This document shows, piece by piece, positions 15,190-23,925 of a stretch of 64,000 nt of DNA (within the stretch, counting starts at the first letter, position 1; the number at the start of each line of letters is the position of its first letter). The DNA is from an uncultured euryarchaeote (GTDB lineage Archaea; Thermoplasmatota; Poseidoniia; Poseidoniales; Poseidoniaceae), in the NCBI GenBank assembly GCA_937892945.1, contig CALBIL010000038.1:66102-130101 (forward strand), read 5' to 3'. The position numbers were made by a program, and so were the translations under genes. The notes beneath the pieces were generated by a model. It worked only from the letters and a program-made list of their open reading frames with translations. It was not told the origin of the DNA and made no database searches.

Positions 15190-16557
15190 ATGGAGGCAGA
15201 GGTTGAGTTCGATAAAGATTCAACCAGCGATGGCGACATGCTGTTGCAATTAGCCGGAAATGAAACATCATTGCTCGGTTTACTTCAAACCTTACTTTCT
15301 CCAAGGACACTCCCCCACTTGGCATTAATCGTTGGACTATCGACGCTCCTCTATTGGATTGCCAACAACGATAATTCTGGTGAGATCGCAGCACTTGGAT
15401 TCATATCTCTCTCGTGCGGGTACGGTCTAACTGCAATGTTCTCAAACAATGAACGTATCCAATCATGGATTCGACTCAAAGACCAATCTGAACATGAGGT
15501 AAAGTTGAGCCTGTTTGTTCGATTATTTTCGAGTTTCAAAATTTGCATATTCCCTTTGGTTGTATCAGGAGTACTGGGTTTATTCACCATACTGTTGTTT
15601 GCACAGGAATCCATCGTTGATTTACCGACCATATTCCCGCTTGGCCTCGGCTCACTGTTCGTACTTTGGGCCATTGCACAAGGACGGTCGTTTGGTTCAT
15701 GGACTTCCTCACTTGCAGCGAAACGCTTACCCGAATCGGAAAGCACTACTGGAAATATAAAAATAATGACAACCACCCAAATCAGTGCACTGTTAATCAT
15801 TTCCGTACTCGGGATTAGTGGATTCGAGTTTCTTTATGAAAAGAAGTGGGATGTCGCAGACGCGATAATCTCCAATATCGGTTTCTTCGCTTTGGCAATT
15901 TCAGCATATGGATTAACCGTGGCTTTGACTTGGAAATACCGGCAAATAGCACTCCGAGACAAGGCATTGAAGCAATTTGCTTCTCGTTGGACAATGTTCG
16001 CCCATGTGTTTGCCACCTGGCACCTCCTCACCGTTTGGAGGCAAATGGTGATGTCACCGGGAACAATTGAAGTCTTCATTGAAGAAGTGTTGTTGATGAT
16101 GTTTACCGTCTTCATGGCAATTTGGACCATTACTTCACAATCAGTCGGGGCAAAGTTCAGATTTATTTCCACAGATAACGCACTCCCATGGGGACTTTCC
16201 TTTGGCTACGCATATGCAGGAAGTGTTGCCATGTTAGCCACTGCATTCAATGACATTACCTATGTGATGGTGACCGGGCACATCATTGCGTTTCTGACCA
16301 TCACTTGGATGCAGAGAAGCGTTCTCGCACGCATTATCGACCAACATGATTTCGAAGTCGAAGTGTCTCGAGTTACAGAACAATCAAGAGATACACCGGA
16401 ACGACCAGCCCGTAACAACGCACCCGTGGAAGAAACAAAATCATCAGAAAACCCCGTTACTTCATCCGATGAAATAGAAGTGCAGTGGGATGGTGCAGTT
16501 GGGCCTACGATCAGTGATGATGTCGAATGGGGTGACGTCATCGAATTAAACGACTAG
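15190..16557 (+). CDS. Polytopic integral membrane protein (~10 TM), unknown function, with acidic C-terminal tail
   Basis: 455-aa ORF with many hydrophobic helices. No recognisable catalytic motif. Confidence 0.5.
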   Translation: MEAEVEFDKDSTSDGDMLLQLAGNETSLLGLLQTLLSPRTLPHLALIVGLSTLLYWIANNDNSGEIAALGFISLSCGYGLTAMFSNNERIQSWIRLKDQSEHEVKLSLFVRLFSSFKICIFPLVVSGVLGLFTILLFAQESIVDLPTIFPLGLGSLFVLWAIAQGRSFGSWTSSLAAKRLPESESTTGNIKIMTTTQISALLIISVLGISGFEFLYEKKWDVADAIISNIGFFALAISAYGLTVALTWKYRQIALRDKALKQFASRWTMFAHVFATWHLLTVWRQMVMSPGTIEVFIEEVLLMMFTVFMAIWTITSQSVGAKFRFISTDNALPWGLSFGYAYAGSVAMLATAFNDITYVMVTGHIIAFLTITWMQRSVLARIIDQHDFEVEVSRVTEQSRDTPERPARNNAPVEETKSSENPVTSSDEIEVQWDGAVGPTISDDVEWGDVIELND

Positions 16558-17471
16558 GAACTCGGTTGAATGCCTGAAAGAAGTGTAACAACCCGGATTG
16601 TGTCTTCAAGGTCTTCACTTACTCGAGCACCCAAAATAACTTGGGCATTTGGGTCCAAAGCTTGCGTGAACATATTGGCGACTTCCTCGAGTTGACCGAT
16701 AGTCATCCCGATTCCACCCTCGACTTGAATCAAACAGCCTTGGGCACCTCCAACATCAAGTTCAGCTAATGGAGCCATCATAGCAGATTCGAGAATTCCT
16801 TCCGGGTCATCGGGTTTACCGATACCAACTAACATGGTCGCTTCGCCTTTCTTTTCGACAATCGCCCTCAAATCCATGAGGTCCAAATTAATGAGACCCA
16901 TGCGCATTAAAGTCCGCACTAATCCTTCAACCAAATCTTCAACCCATTCAGCACCCATTTGCCAAGCAGTGCCCTGTTCGCGTGCTTGCCTTGCAAGGCG
17001 TTCCAGCGAAAGCCGAACCGTAACATGAGCATTTTTCTCGAGTCTGTGAAGGCCTTCTTCAGCAATCGTTGCACGGGTTTCTTGAACATCAAAAGGCAAA
17101 GCTGCTACGGCTACAACGATTGCACCCGATTGGCGTGCTTGCCGGGCAAATTCATGAGCAGCACCCGTTCCTGTACCGCCACCAAGGCCAACGAGTAAGA
17201 GAACTAATTCGACGGGCTCGAGCACAGTTCGAGCAAGAGCGGAATACCCACGCATCCGTTGTTCTGCCAAAGGTGGCAATGCTGCACAACCCAACGGGTC
17301 TAGGGCGTGACCTAAACGTAGTAGGTGTGCTGATTCGCTGTTTTCAAAACTCGAGTCGTCTGCATCCACTAAACACATGTCAGCAAAGCCTTCACAACGT
17401 GCATGCGCACCTTTTGCCCATGAGCAACCCAATCCACCAATACCTGCGATGAGGATATGAGACGCTTCCAT
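16554..17471 (-). CDS. FtsZ/tubulin-superfamily GTPase, compact (305 aa), without a C-terminal tail
   Basis: IAGIGGLGCSWA (FtsZ GGGG-like N-terminus), GGGTGTGAA tubulin signature, and a T7-loop-like GLINLDLMDL are all present and collinear with FtsZ. Confidence 0.75.
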   Translation of the reverse strand: MEASHILIAGIGGLGCSWAKGAHARCEGFADMCLVDADDSSFENSESAHLLRLGHALDPLGCAALPPLAEQRMRGYSALARTVLEPVELVLLLVGLGGGTGTGAAHEFARQARQSGAIVVAVAALPFDVQETRATIAEEGLHRLEKNAHVTVRLSLERLARQAREQGTAWQMGAEWVEDLVEGLVRTLMRMGLINLDLMDLRAIVEKKGEATMLVGIGKPDDPEGILESAMMAPLAELDVGGAQGCLIQVEGGIGMTIGQLEEVANMFTQALDPNAQVILGARVSEDLEDTIRVVTLLSGIQPSS

Positions 17472-17521
17472 GGTGGGCCTTTGAACCGAACATCAATGAA
17501 CTTTGGCTGTGTTTAAACTCA

Positions 17522-17848
17522 TCAAACATAACGTAAATATCGCCGCCGAGCATCTCTCGCCCATGCATTATCAGGTTCAAGGGTAAGCACTTTGTCATAA
17601 TATTCAATCGCCGTTTCAAATTCGGAAAGGTGACGGCCATACAAATGACCGAGATTCGAAAGTACAGGGATACAATTGGCATCGATCTCAATCATCGAGA
17701 GAAGTAACCGTTCTGCAGCCCCAAGATCATTGCGTAACATCATCTCTTCTGCCTGGTCAAGTTGTTCAAGTTGCTCTGGAGTCAGTTCGTAAGTGTTCTC
17801 GAAGTGGTTCGCCATAGTTATTCTCCAATCAGTGCTCGGGGCAATCAT
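17522..17848 (-). CDS. Small TPR-repeat protein
   Basis: 108 aa. SNLGHLYGRHLSEFETAIEYYDKVLTLEPDNAWA is a tetratricopeptide-like repeat. Confidence 0.45.
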   Translation of the reverse strand: MIAPSTDWRITMANHFENTYELTPEQLEQLDQAEEMMLRNDLGAAERLLLSMIEIDANCIPVLSNLGHLYGRHLSEFETAIEYYDKVLTLEPDNAWARDARRRYLRYV

Positions 17849-17936
17849 TGAAGAAGTCTCCCTCTCAAAGTCTTGGTTTTAGGCGTGATTGAATGGAATC
17901 GGAGGAGAAATGCGAGCCACGAACGCACCTCTTTTG

Positions 17937-17948
17937 GTTTTTAAAAAC
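17937..17948 (+). promoter_or_regulatory. AT-rich perfect palindrome GTTTTTAAAAAC ~87 nt upstream of the respiratory operon. Candidate TATA/BRE region or regulator site.
   Basis: Seen at 17937-17948 in the 186-nt intergenic region before the 18035 ATG. A second TATA-like tttaagga sits at ~17991. Confidence 0.25.
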
Positions 17949-18034
17949 GACATACTGCGTCGGTATTTTTGATGGCTTTGGCTGGGAATGTTTAAGGAGC
18001 ACTTGCGAGTGGGTCGAATCACTTAGGTGAGGCT

Positions 18035-18862
18035 ATGCGCGGGAGCACATTTTCTATACGTTCGGGAGTGGTACTCGCGCTTGCCATTTTACTTTTCGTT
18101 CCGGGTTTTGCTTCGTCACTCCACGGAGGCATTGGTGGCGCCCAGGACAACGCCGGCGAAACGATTGATGACGTCGCTAAAGAAGGCTGTCTTTGCCATA
18201 ATGGCGCCGCTGACAATTCAGTTCAAATCATACTCGACGATGTCCCATACGGATGGATTGGTGGCGAAACATACACATTGACCCTCCAAATCATCGGTGG
18301 ACCAGCCGCCACAGGAACATACACTGCAGGATTTTCAATGCGAACAACCGCCGGCATCCTTTCGGGCGATGGTTTGCAAAACTGGGAAGGCGATGTTACG
18401 ACCCTCACACACACTGAATCAACGGCGAATGTGGCTGAACGGATGTGGGTATTCACATGGCAAGCACCAGAAACAGGCGCAGACACAGTCAACTTCTGGA
18501 TTACAGGAAACTCAGTCAACGGCGACCAATTGAATAATGGTGGCGGTGAAGAAGACCGTTGGAACCAATTGCTGTTCCCCCTTCAAGAAGGAAGCGATTC
18601 AACCAGTGCACTTGGAACTCGGACCCTGTTTGCCGGCGATGGAAATGTCAGCCCACCTCAACCGGAATCTCATGGCGTCGACCTTGAGCACATGGGTGCT
18701 GAACTCCGAGCCCATTGGCTTGGATTGCTTGGGTTTGGAGCAGTTCTGATCGTCATTGCTTTTGCAGGACTCATGCTCCGATACAGTTTCTCAACATCAT
18801 ACACCGGACGTACAAATCAATTGCGATTGCGATACAAACTCATGCGACGAGGTGACCAGTGA
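18035..18862 (+). CDS. Secreted, C-terminally membrane-anchored protein heading the Rieske/cyt b operon. Candidate CbsA-like extracellular redox partner (inference).
   Basis: Signal peptide MRGSTFSIRSGVVLALAILLFVPGFASS, C-terminal TM LGLLGFGAVLIVIAFAGLML plus a basic tail. Contains GCLCHNG. Same strand and tight spacing with the downstream genes. Confidence 0.55.
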   Translation: MRGSTFSIRSGVVLALAILLFVPGFASSLHGGIGGAQDNAGETIDDVAKEGCLCHNGAADNSVQIILDDVPYGWIGGETYTLTLQIIGGPAATGTYTAGFSMRTTAGILSGDGLQNWEGDVTTLTHTESTANVAERMWVFTWQAPETGADTVNFWITGNSVNGDQLNNGGGEEDRWNQLLFPLQEGSDSTSALGTRTLFAGDGNVSPPQPESHGVDLEHMGAELRAHWLGLLGFGAVLIVIAFAGLMLRYSFSTSYTGRTNQLRLRYKLMRRGDQ

Positions 18863-19305
18863 TGGACGATACAATCACCACGCTGTTACGCAAGGTCGCA
18901 AGTGGGAAAGTAAGTGTCGAGGATGCCCGTGTTGCCCTCGAAGATGCTTCTTTGACTGAAGACCAAATGCAATCCGCTATCGACCATGGTGTATTCAATC
19001 TCGCCGAATCAGGAACACTGGTCAGTGCATCGCTTGCACCATCAGGCGCTTCGAACCTGATTATGATCTTCTTTGTCTGGGGCCTTTTCTGGTCGTGCTA
19101 CTGGGTATTCTCAATGATTTATGGACTTGCTCAAGGCTGGGACCAACAGCAACTCGCCTATCACCTCGCCATGATGTTGATCACACTCTGTTTGATGGGA
19201 ATGGCTTACCTTAAGTTCGTATTACCGAATGCAATTATTGTCAAGCATGGAATGAATAAGTTCGTTCCAGAACATACAAAGGATTGGAAGGAGTACAAGT
19301 GGTGA
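18859..19305 (+). CDS. Small hydrophobic membrane protein (CbsB-like by position only)
   Basis: 148 aa. Track start is GTG at 18859; the ATG at 18862 overlaps the upstream stop. 3-4 predicted TM helices. Confidence 0.45.
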   Translation: MMDDTITTLLRKVASGKVSVEDARVALEDASLTEDQMQSAIDHGVFNLAESGTLVSASLAPSGASNLIMIFFVWGLFWSCYWVFSMIYGLAQGWDQQQLAYHLAMMLITLCLMGMAYLKFVLPNAIIVKHGMNKFVPEHTKDWKEYKW

Positions 19306-19311
19306 AGATCT

Positions 19312-20157
19312 ATGGCACGTGAATACGACCTCAAACCAGCTCCTTCATCCGGAGACAGCACGGGTGGAGATACGTCTTCCTCGGTGAACCGCCGTCAATT
19401 TTTGCGCTACGGGTTTAACACCGCAACAGGTGTCTTGGCTGCGTCTCTTGGCGTTCTTGGTTTCGCCGCTATTTTGCTTCCACCGGGTGGCACGAACGAA
19501 GGTGAACTCGGCGTCAAGTTCTGGGCAAAGGGTCGAGAAGACAGCGCTTGGTATGGTGCAAAGCACGAACAAATGATGATGCGGCAAGATTTCGTTGATG
19601 AAGCTGCAAAGTCAAACACTGAGACCTCTGGAGCTGCTGGAATTTGGAATGGAGTCCCTGTCGTAGTTACCTACGTCACCCATTCCCAATATGCAAACAC
19701 TCCTTTGTCAAACGGTAAAGCCCGATTCCAATTCACCGAGGGAGTCGATGAGACAGGAAAAACCATCGGCCATTTTGAAGATTTGAGTGACGCTGACCCT
19801 CGCCTGCTACCATCCGATAACTTGGTGATGATCTTTGCCCGTTGCACCCACTTGTGCTGTATACCTGGTTGGCAATTAGTTTCGAACTCTTTTACTGAAG
19901 ATTCATGGACGCCAGGTGGCGGAGACGATGGTGGCACCAAACTGTTCTGTATTTGCCACTCATCCCGATTCGACCCTACCGTACTCGAGATGAATACCAA
20001 TAGAAACCGTGGCGATGGTTCGACGTTCAACTACGCAGGTATTCGGCGTGCTGGAGGACCTGCTCCTGTCGGACTACCAATTATTCCAATTGTTCTCAAT
20101 GGAGATGCAATAGAAGGCATCGTTGACTATTTGGATTGGTACACATATTGTGACTGA
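19312..20157 (+). CDS. Rieske [2Fe-2S] iron-sulfur protein
   Basis: Box I CTHLCC, box II CICHSS, N-terminal Tat-like/TM region (RRQFLRYG). Confidence 0.85.
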   Translation: MAREYDLKPAPSSGDSTGGDTSSSVNRRQFLRYGFNTATGVLAASLGVLGFAAILLPPGGTNEGELGVKFWAKGREDSAWYGAKHEQMMMRQDFVDEAAKSNTETSGAAGIWNGVPVVVTYVTHSQYANTPLSNGKARFQFTEGVDETGKTIGHFEDLSDADPRLLPSDNLVMIFARCTHLCCIPGWQLVSNSFTEDSWTPGGGDDGGTKLFCICHSSRFDPTVLEMNTNRNRGDGSTFNYAGIRRAGGPAPVGLPIIPIVLNGDAIEGIVDYLDWYTYCD

Positions 20158-20168
20158 GGTGATTATGT

Positions 20169-21035
20169 ATGACAACAATGTTTTGGATTCTTTGGTTTTT
20201 CATCGCCTTCGTGGTCGTGTTAGTCGCATTGACTCTTCGTCAAGAGAGCAGTGATATGCCTCGTCGAGAAATTCTTCGAGCAGTTGAATCAACTGGTAAG
20301 ATGGGCTTTGCAGAACGTTTGTTCTTGTGGGTATTCTCATGGCTCGATACCCGTTTCCGCCTCCAAGACTACTGGAACATGTCCAAAGGTGCCTATTACA
20401 ACATGCATCGACAGATGCCATTGTCTCACGCTGAGAAGTATAAACTCAGAATTATTTGGTACTGGTATCCACTGTATTGTCTCGGAGGTATTTCCTTCCT
20501 TTCATTCATTATATTGGTCATCACAGGAACTGTCCTTGGAATTTACTACGTACCTGGCGGAGAAGGGGATCCTTCACCTGCCTACGCAAGTATGCAATTC
20601 ATCATGACTGAACTTCCATTCGGCTATATTATTCGTGCAGTTCATCACTGGGCGACTCACTTCATGGTTGCCAGTGTATTTCTCCATATGTGTCGTGTTT
20701 ACTTCACCGGTGCTTACCGCAACCCTCGTGAACTCAACTGGCTGATTGGAGTTGCACTAATGGCATTAACCATTGTCTTTGGATATTCGGGCTACCTCCT
20801 ACCATGGGATTCATTGGCTTACGGTGCCGCTGTAATTGGAATTAACTTAGCCAATTCAAGCCCCTTGGTTGGTAAATATATTGCCACTTTACTGTTTAGT
20901 GGCTCTTCACTTACTTCACTAACTGTAACTCGGATGTATTTCATTCACGTCTTCATTCTCCCCGTGATTGTGACTACGCTGATCATTATTCACTTATTCA
21001 TTGTCTGGGTACAGGGCATTGCAGAACCACATTGA
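20169..21035 (+). CDS. Cytochrome b, N-terminal (b6-like) half of a split cytochrome b
   Basis: RAVHHWATHFMVASVFLHMCRVYFTGAYRNPRELNWLIGV...LLPWD, with heme-ligand His pairs in helices B and D. 288 aa, about the size of cyt b6. Confidence 0.85.
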   Translation: MTTMFWILWFFIAFVVVLVALTLRQESSDMPRREILRAVESTGKMGFAERLFLWVFSWLDTRFRLQDYWNMSKGAYYNMHRQMPLSHAEKYKLRIIWYWYPLYCLGGISFLSFIILVITGTVLGIYYVPGGEGDPSPAYASMQFIMTELPFGYIIRAVHHWATHFMVASVFLHMCRVYFTGAYRNPRELNWLIGVALMALTIVFGYSGYLLPWDSLAYGAAVIGINLANSSPLVGKYIATLLFSGSSLTSLTVTRMYFIHVFILPVIVTTLIIIHLFIVWVQGIAEPH

Positions 21036-21040
21036 TATTC

Positions 21041-21045
21041 GGAGG
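21041..21045 (+). promoter_or_regulatory. Shine-Dalgarno GGAGG 7 nt upstream of the 942-aa gene start
   Basis: ggaggataatacATG. Confidence 0.45.
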
Positions 21046-21052
21046 ATAATAC

Positions 21053-23881
21053 ATGGGACTAATCGAGAATTTCGGACGTGTGGCTTCTTCCTATATGGAA
21101 GAGAAAGAGCAATTGCAAGCTGTAGAGGGTAAGCGAACCCGTACTCGAACAGGTCATGGATTCTGGCCACACGAAGTTCTTCGTGATGCCATACTGCTTT
21201 CATTCATGACTGCAGTTCTTCTGTTCTATGCATGGTTGATTCCACCACCACTTCACGGTGCTGCTGACCCCTATGCACAAGCTGGTTTCGTGTTCCCTGA
21301 TTGGTACGTATTGTTCTCATACGGGTATTTACGTTGGGGAGAATATCTCCCACAATTCACTGTTCCAACTGGATTCATTGGTGAAATTGTTGGCCAACCT
21401 GTCTTCCCATGGAACGCAGCATGGTGGGGAGCAGCACTCACTGGTATTCCAGTCAGTATCCTTGCTCTACCTCCGTTCCTTGGTGGACGTGAAAAGCGAC
21501 CTGTTGAAGATCCTTGGTTTGCTACTGCTGGCGCAGTCTATCTGGCTCACATCTGGTTTATTTCCGTCTTTTCAATCAATATTTTCTTGGAGTTATATGC
21601 GAAAAACCGTTCGGACTTTTGTAAACTCGATAGCCACGGCGATTTGTTATGTGGTACAAGAGAACCTTGGGTTGCTGACGCGTTCAATACCATCCCCTGG
21701 GTTATGACGGGTGTTCTTGCTTGGATCTGTATCTATTTCTTGGCCCGTGGATTGATTGTCAAAGCATGGGGTGCTGGATTCAAGCCAAGTCATGCAAAGC
21801 AAATACTCATTGGAACACTCTTGATTTCGACTGCAGGAACCGTCGCTACATGGGACACTTACGATGATGGTTTTTGGGACCAAGGCGGATTGCTTACAAT
21901 CAAGGGACTAACCCACGATTACTATCCTGAACTCGAAGCCATGCGCACTCAACCAACGGATGTTCAGGTCCATGCTACAAACGAATTCACAGATGACCGA
22001 GGCTGGAGTGAATCTGAAACGGTACCAACGACTGCTTGGATGGATTGGGTAATTTACCAACCTGCTCGCTATATCCTTACTGACTTTAATGATGCGAATG
22101 GACATCAAGATGCTGCAAACGGAATCAATGCTGCATCCGATGCAACGACCTTCAACGGTGGCGAAGGCTGGATTACAACTGGCTCTTTCACCGTCACTGA
22201 AGACATGGCATTATTCCCCGATGGGCACCATGAAAGTGTGGAAACACTCACAACAGACCTCATTTGTGAATACCGTTCTTCAGAGCGAAAAATCAATGAC
22301 ATCTCAACTGTATCGATGATCGCTACCACTTTATCCGTGGCCAATAGCAATGGAGACATTGTATCTTCATTCGATAATTGTCTCGGTGCTACGGTTGAAT
22401 TACCCGTTGGAACCTATGACTACACCTACTCGGTTGCCGTCAGTGGTGCTCTTGCACTGAACAACAGTATTCAAACTGAAACTTCTTTCTCCATCGCTTC
22501 TTTCCAACCGCTCTTGGTTTGGAACGAAGATGCACCCGCATCTCTAGCAGGCATGACGGTCAATCTTTCAAATGCTGAAGAAATGGCAATTGGTGGGACG
22601 CAATTTTCCTCCGTTGAAAACCCAACGTACCATACCAATCCCAAAGCACTCGATGCCAAACTCACCTATGCAATGTTCATTCCTTGTTTGACTTTTGGTG
22701 CAATGGTCTTCATTCTTCTACGCTCAATGGGTCGTGGATATGAGTTTGAGATGAACAAGTGCTACGGCTGTGACTTGTGCGACGATGCTTGTCCTGTTCG
22801 TTTGTTTAATGGTGGAGACAAACTCAATATCATTTACAATTCGTGGAACAATGAGGACGATGGTGTACCCATGTATTCCTGTCTGACCTGTACCGCATGT
22901 ACAAATGCGTGCCCTCAACTGGTTGATTACGACTCATACGTTGACATTCGGCGCTCCCTTATTGTCGGTGGACCACAAGCTGAAATTGCACACACTGTAC
23001 TGCAGGCAGTTCTTGCAGCTGAAGCTGAAGAAACGGCAAATGATGATTTCATCACCGTCAAAGATTACCCATTGACTTCCAACATCGGATATTACCCTGG
23101 ATGTGTTGATTACCTCGACCAAGAGATGGTGTTCTCACACGTCAATGAAGGTGACATGAACCTCGGTGATGCTACAACCTCTGCCTTCACCTTATTCGAT
23201 GAGATGGAAATGGATGTATCGTACCTTGGACGGGACTTCTTGAAGTGCTGTGGACACGACCAAAAGTGGCAAGGGCTCGATGAAGTATTTGACAAACTCA
23301 AAGCCTACAATCAAAAGAAGATTGAACAATCTGGCATTGATACTCTTGTGTCTTCATGCGCTGAATGTTTCCGAACCTTTGCTCGTGATTACGAACTTGA
23401 AGGCGTCAAGGTCATGCATACGACTGAATTCTTGATTGAAAATGGATTCGATATGAACCTCAAGGCAGAGGAAGAAACAACCGTTACCTATCACGACCCA
23501 TGTCGACTTGGACGTCAAATGGGAATCTATGAAGAACCAAGGCAACTTATTGCTGGTGTTGAAGGCGTAGAGATCGTCGAAATGGAACACAGCGGCGAAG
23601 ATGCAATGTGCTGTGGAGTCTCGAGCATGATGTCATGTAACGAAAACGCTCGTTCACTCCGTGTCACTCGCATGGAAGAAATTCGTGCTACTGGTGCAGA
23701 TACAATGCTGACCTCTTGTCCAAAGTGTGTCTCACACTTTGAATGTCTCAAGTTTGAAGGCGATGAGCGATACGAAGATATTGAGATTCTCGATGTTGTT
23801 TCTTTCCTTGCTCGCCAAGTTGAAGCGAAGAAGGCACGAGCTGTATCTGAATCAAGTACTGTACTCGAAGTCGAAGCTTGA
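21053..23881 (+). CDS. Fusion: cytochrome b C-terminal (subunit-IV-like, PDWY) membrane domain + large extracytoplasmic insert + 2x[4Fe-4S] ferredoxin + HdrD-like Cys-rich (CCG) domains
   Basis: FPDWYVLFSYGYLRW is the PEWY motif of the cyt b C-terminal domain. CYGCDLCDDACP and CLTCTACTNACP are two 4Fe-4S motifs. KCCGHDQ and MCCGVS...CPKCVSHFEC are CCG-domain signatures. Confidence 0.8.
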   Translation: MGLIENFGRVASSYMEEKEQLQAVEGKRTRTRTGHGFWPHEVLRDAILLSFMTAVLLFYAWLIPPPLHGAADPYAQAGFVFPDWYVLFSYGYLRWGEYLPQFTVPTGFIGEIVGQPVFPWNAAWWGAALTGIPVSILALPPFLGGREKRPVEDPWFATAGAVYLAHIWFISVFSINIFLELYAKNRSDFCKLDSHGDLLCGTREPWVADAFNTIPWVMTGVLAWICIYFLARGLIVKAWGAGFKPSHAKQILIGTLLISTAGTVATWDTYDDGFWDQGGLLTIKGLTHDYYPELEAMRTQPTDVQVHATNEFTDDRGWSESETVPTTAWMDWVIYQPARYILTDFNDANGHQDAANGINAASDATTFNGGEGWITTGSFTVTEDMALFPDGHHESVETLTTDLICEYRSSERKINDISTVSMIATTLSVANSNGDIVSSFDNCLGATVELPVGTYDYTYSVAVSGALALNNSIQTETSFSIASFQPLLVWNEDAPASLAGMTVNLSNAEEMAIGGTQFSSVENPTYHTNPKALDAKLTYAMFIPCLTFGAMVFILLRSMGRGYEFEMNKCYGCDLCDDACPVRLFNGGDKLNIIYNSWNNEDDGVPMYSCLTCTACTNACPQLVDYDSYVDIRRSLIVGGPQAEIAHTVLQAVLAAEAEETANDDFITVKDYPLTSNIGYYPGCVDYLDQEMVFSHVNEGDMNLGDATTSAFTLFDEMEMDVSYLGRDFLKCCGHDQKWQGLDEVFDKLKAYNQKKIEQSGIDTLVSSCAECFRTFARDYELEGVKVMHTTEFLIENGFDMNLKAEEETTVTYHDPCRLGRQMGIYEEPRQLIAGVEGVEIVEMEHSGEDAMCCGVSSMMSCNENARSLRVTRMEEIRATGADTMLTSCPKCVSHFECLKFEGDERYEDIEILDVVSFLARQVEAKKARAVSESSTVLEVEA

Positions 23882-23925
23882 TTTGACGGAAAAAAGTTTA
23901 TCATTGCAATTGACCACCTTGAGTC

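Noticed and set aside
16554-17471. Foreign origin of the FtsZ-like gene suggested by locally higher GC
   Set aside because: The difference seen by eye is modest and within the range of other genes in the window (e.g. rpoB). I do not claim horizontal transfer without a computed composition test.
18170-18200. CLCH in the 275-aa secreted protein as a c-type heme-binding site
   Set aside because: The motif is CXCH, not CXXCH/CXXXCH. I keep it only as a flagged oddity.
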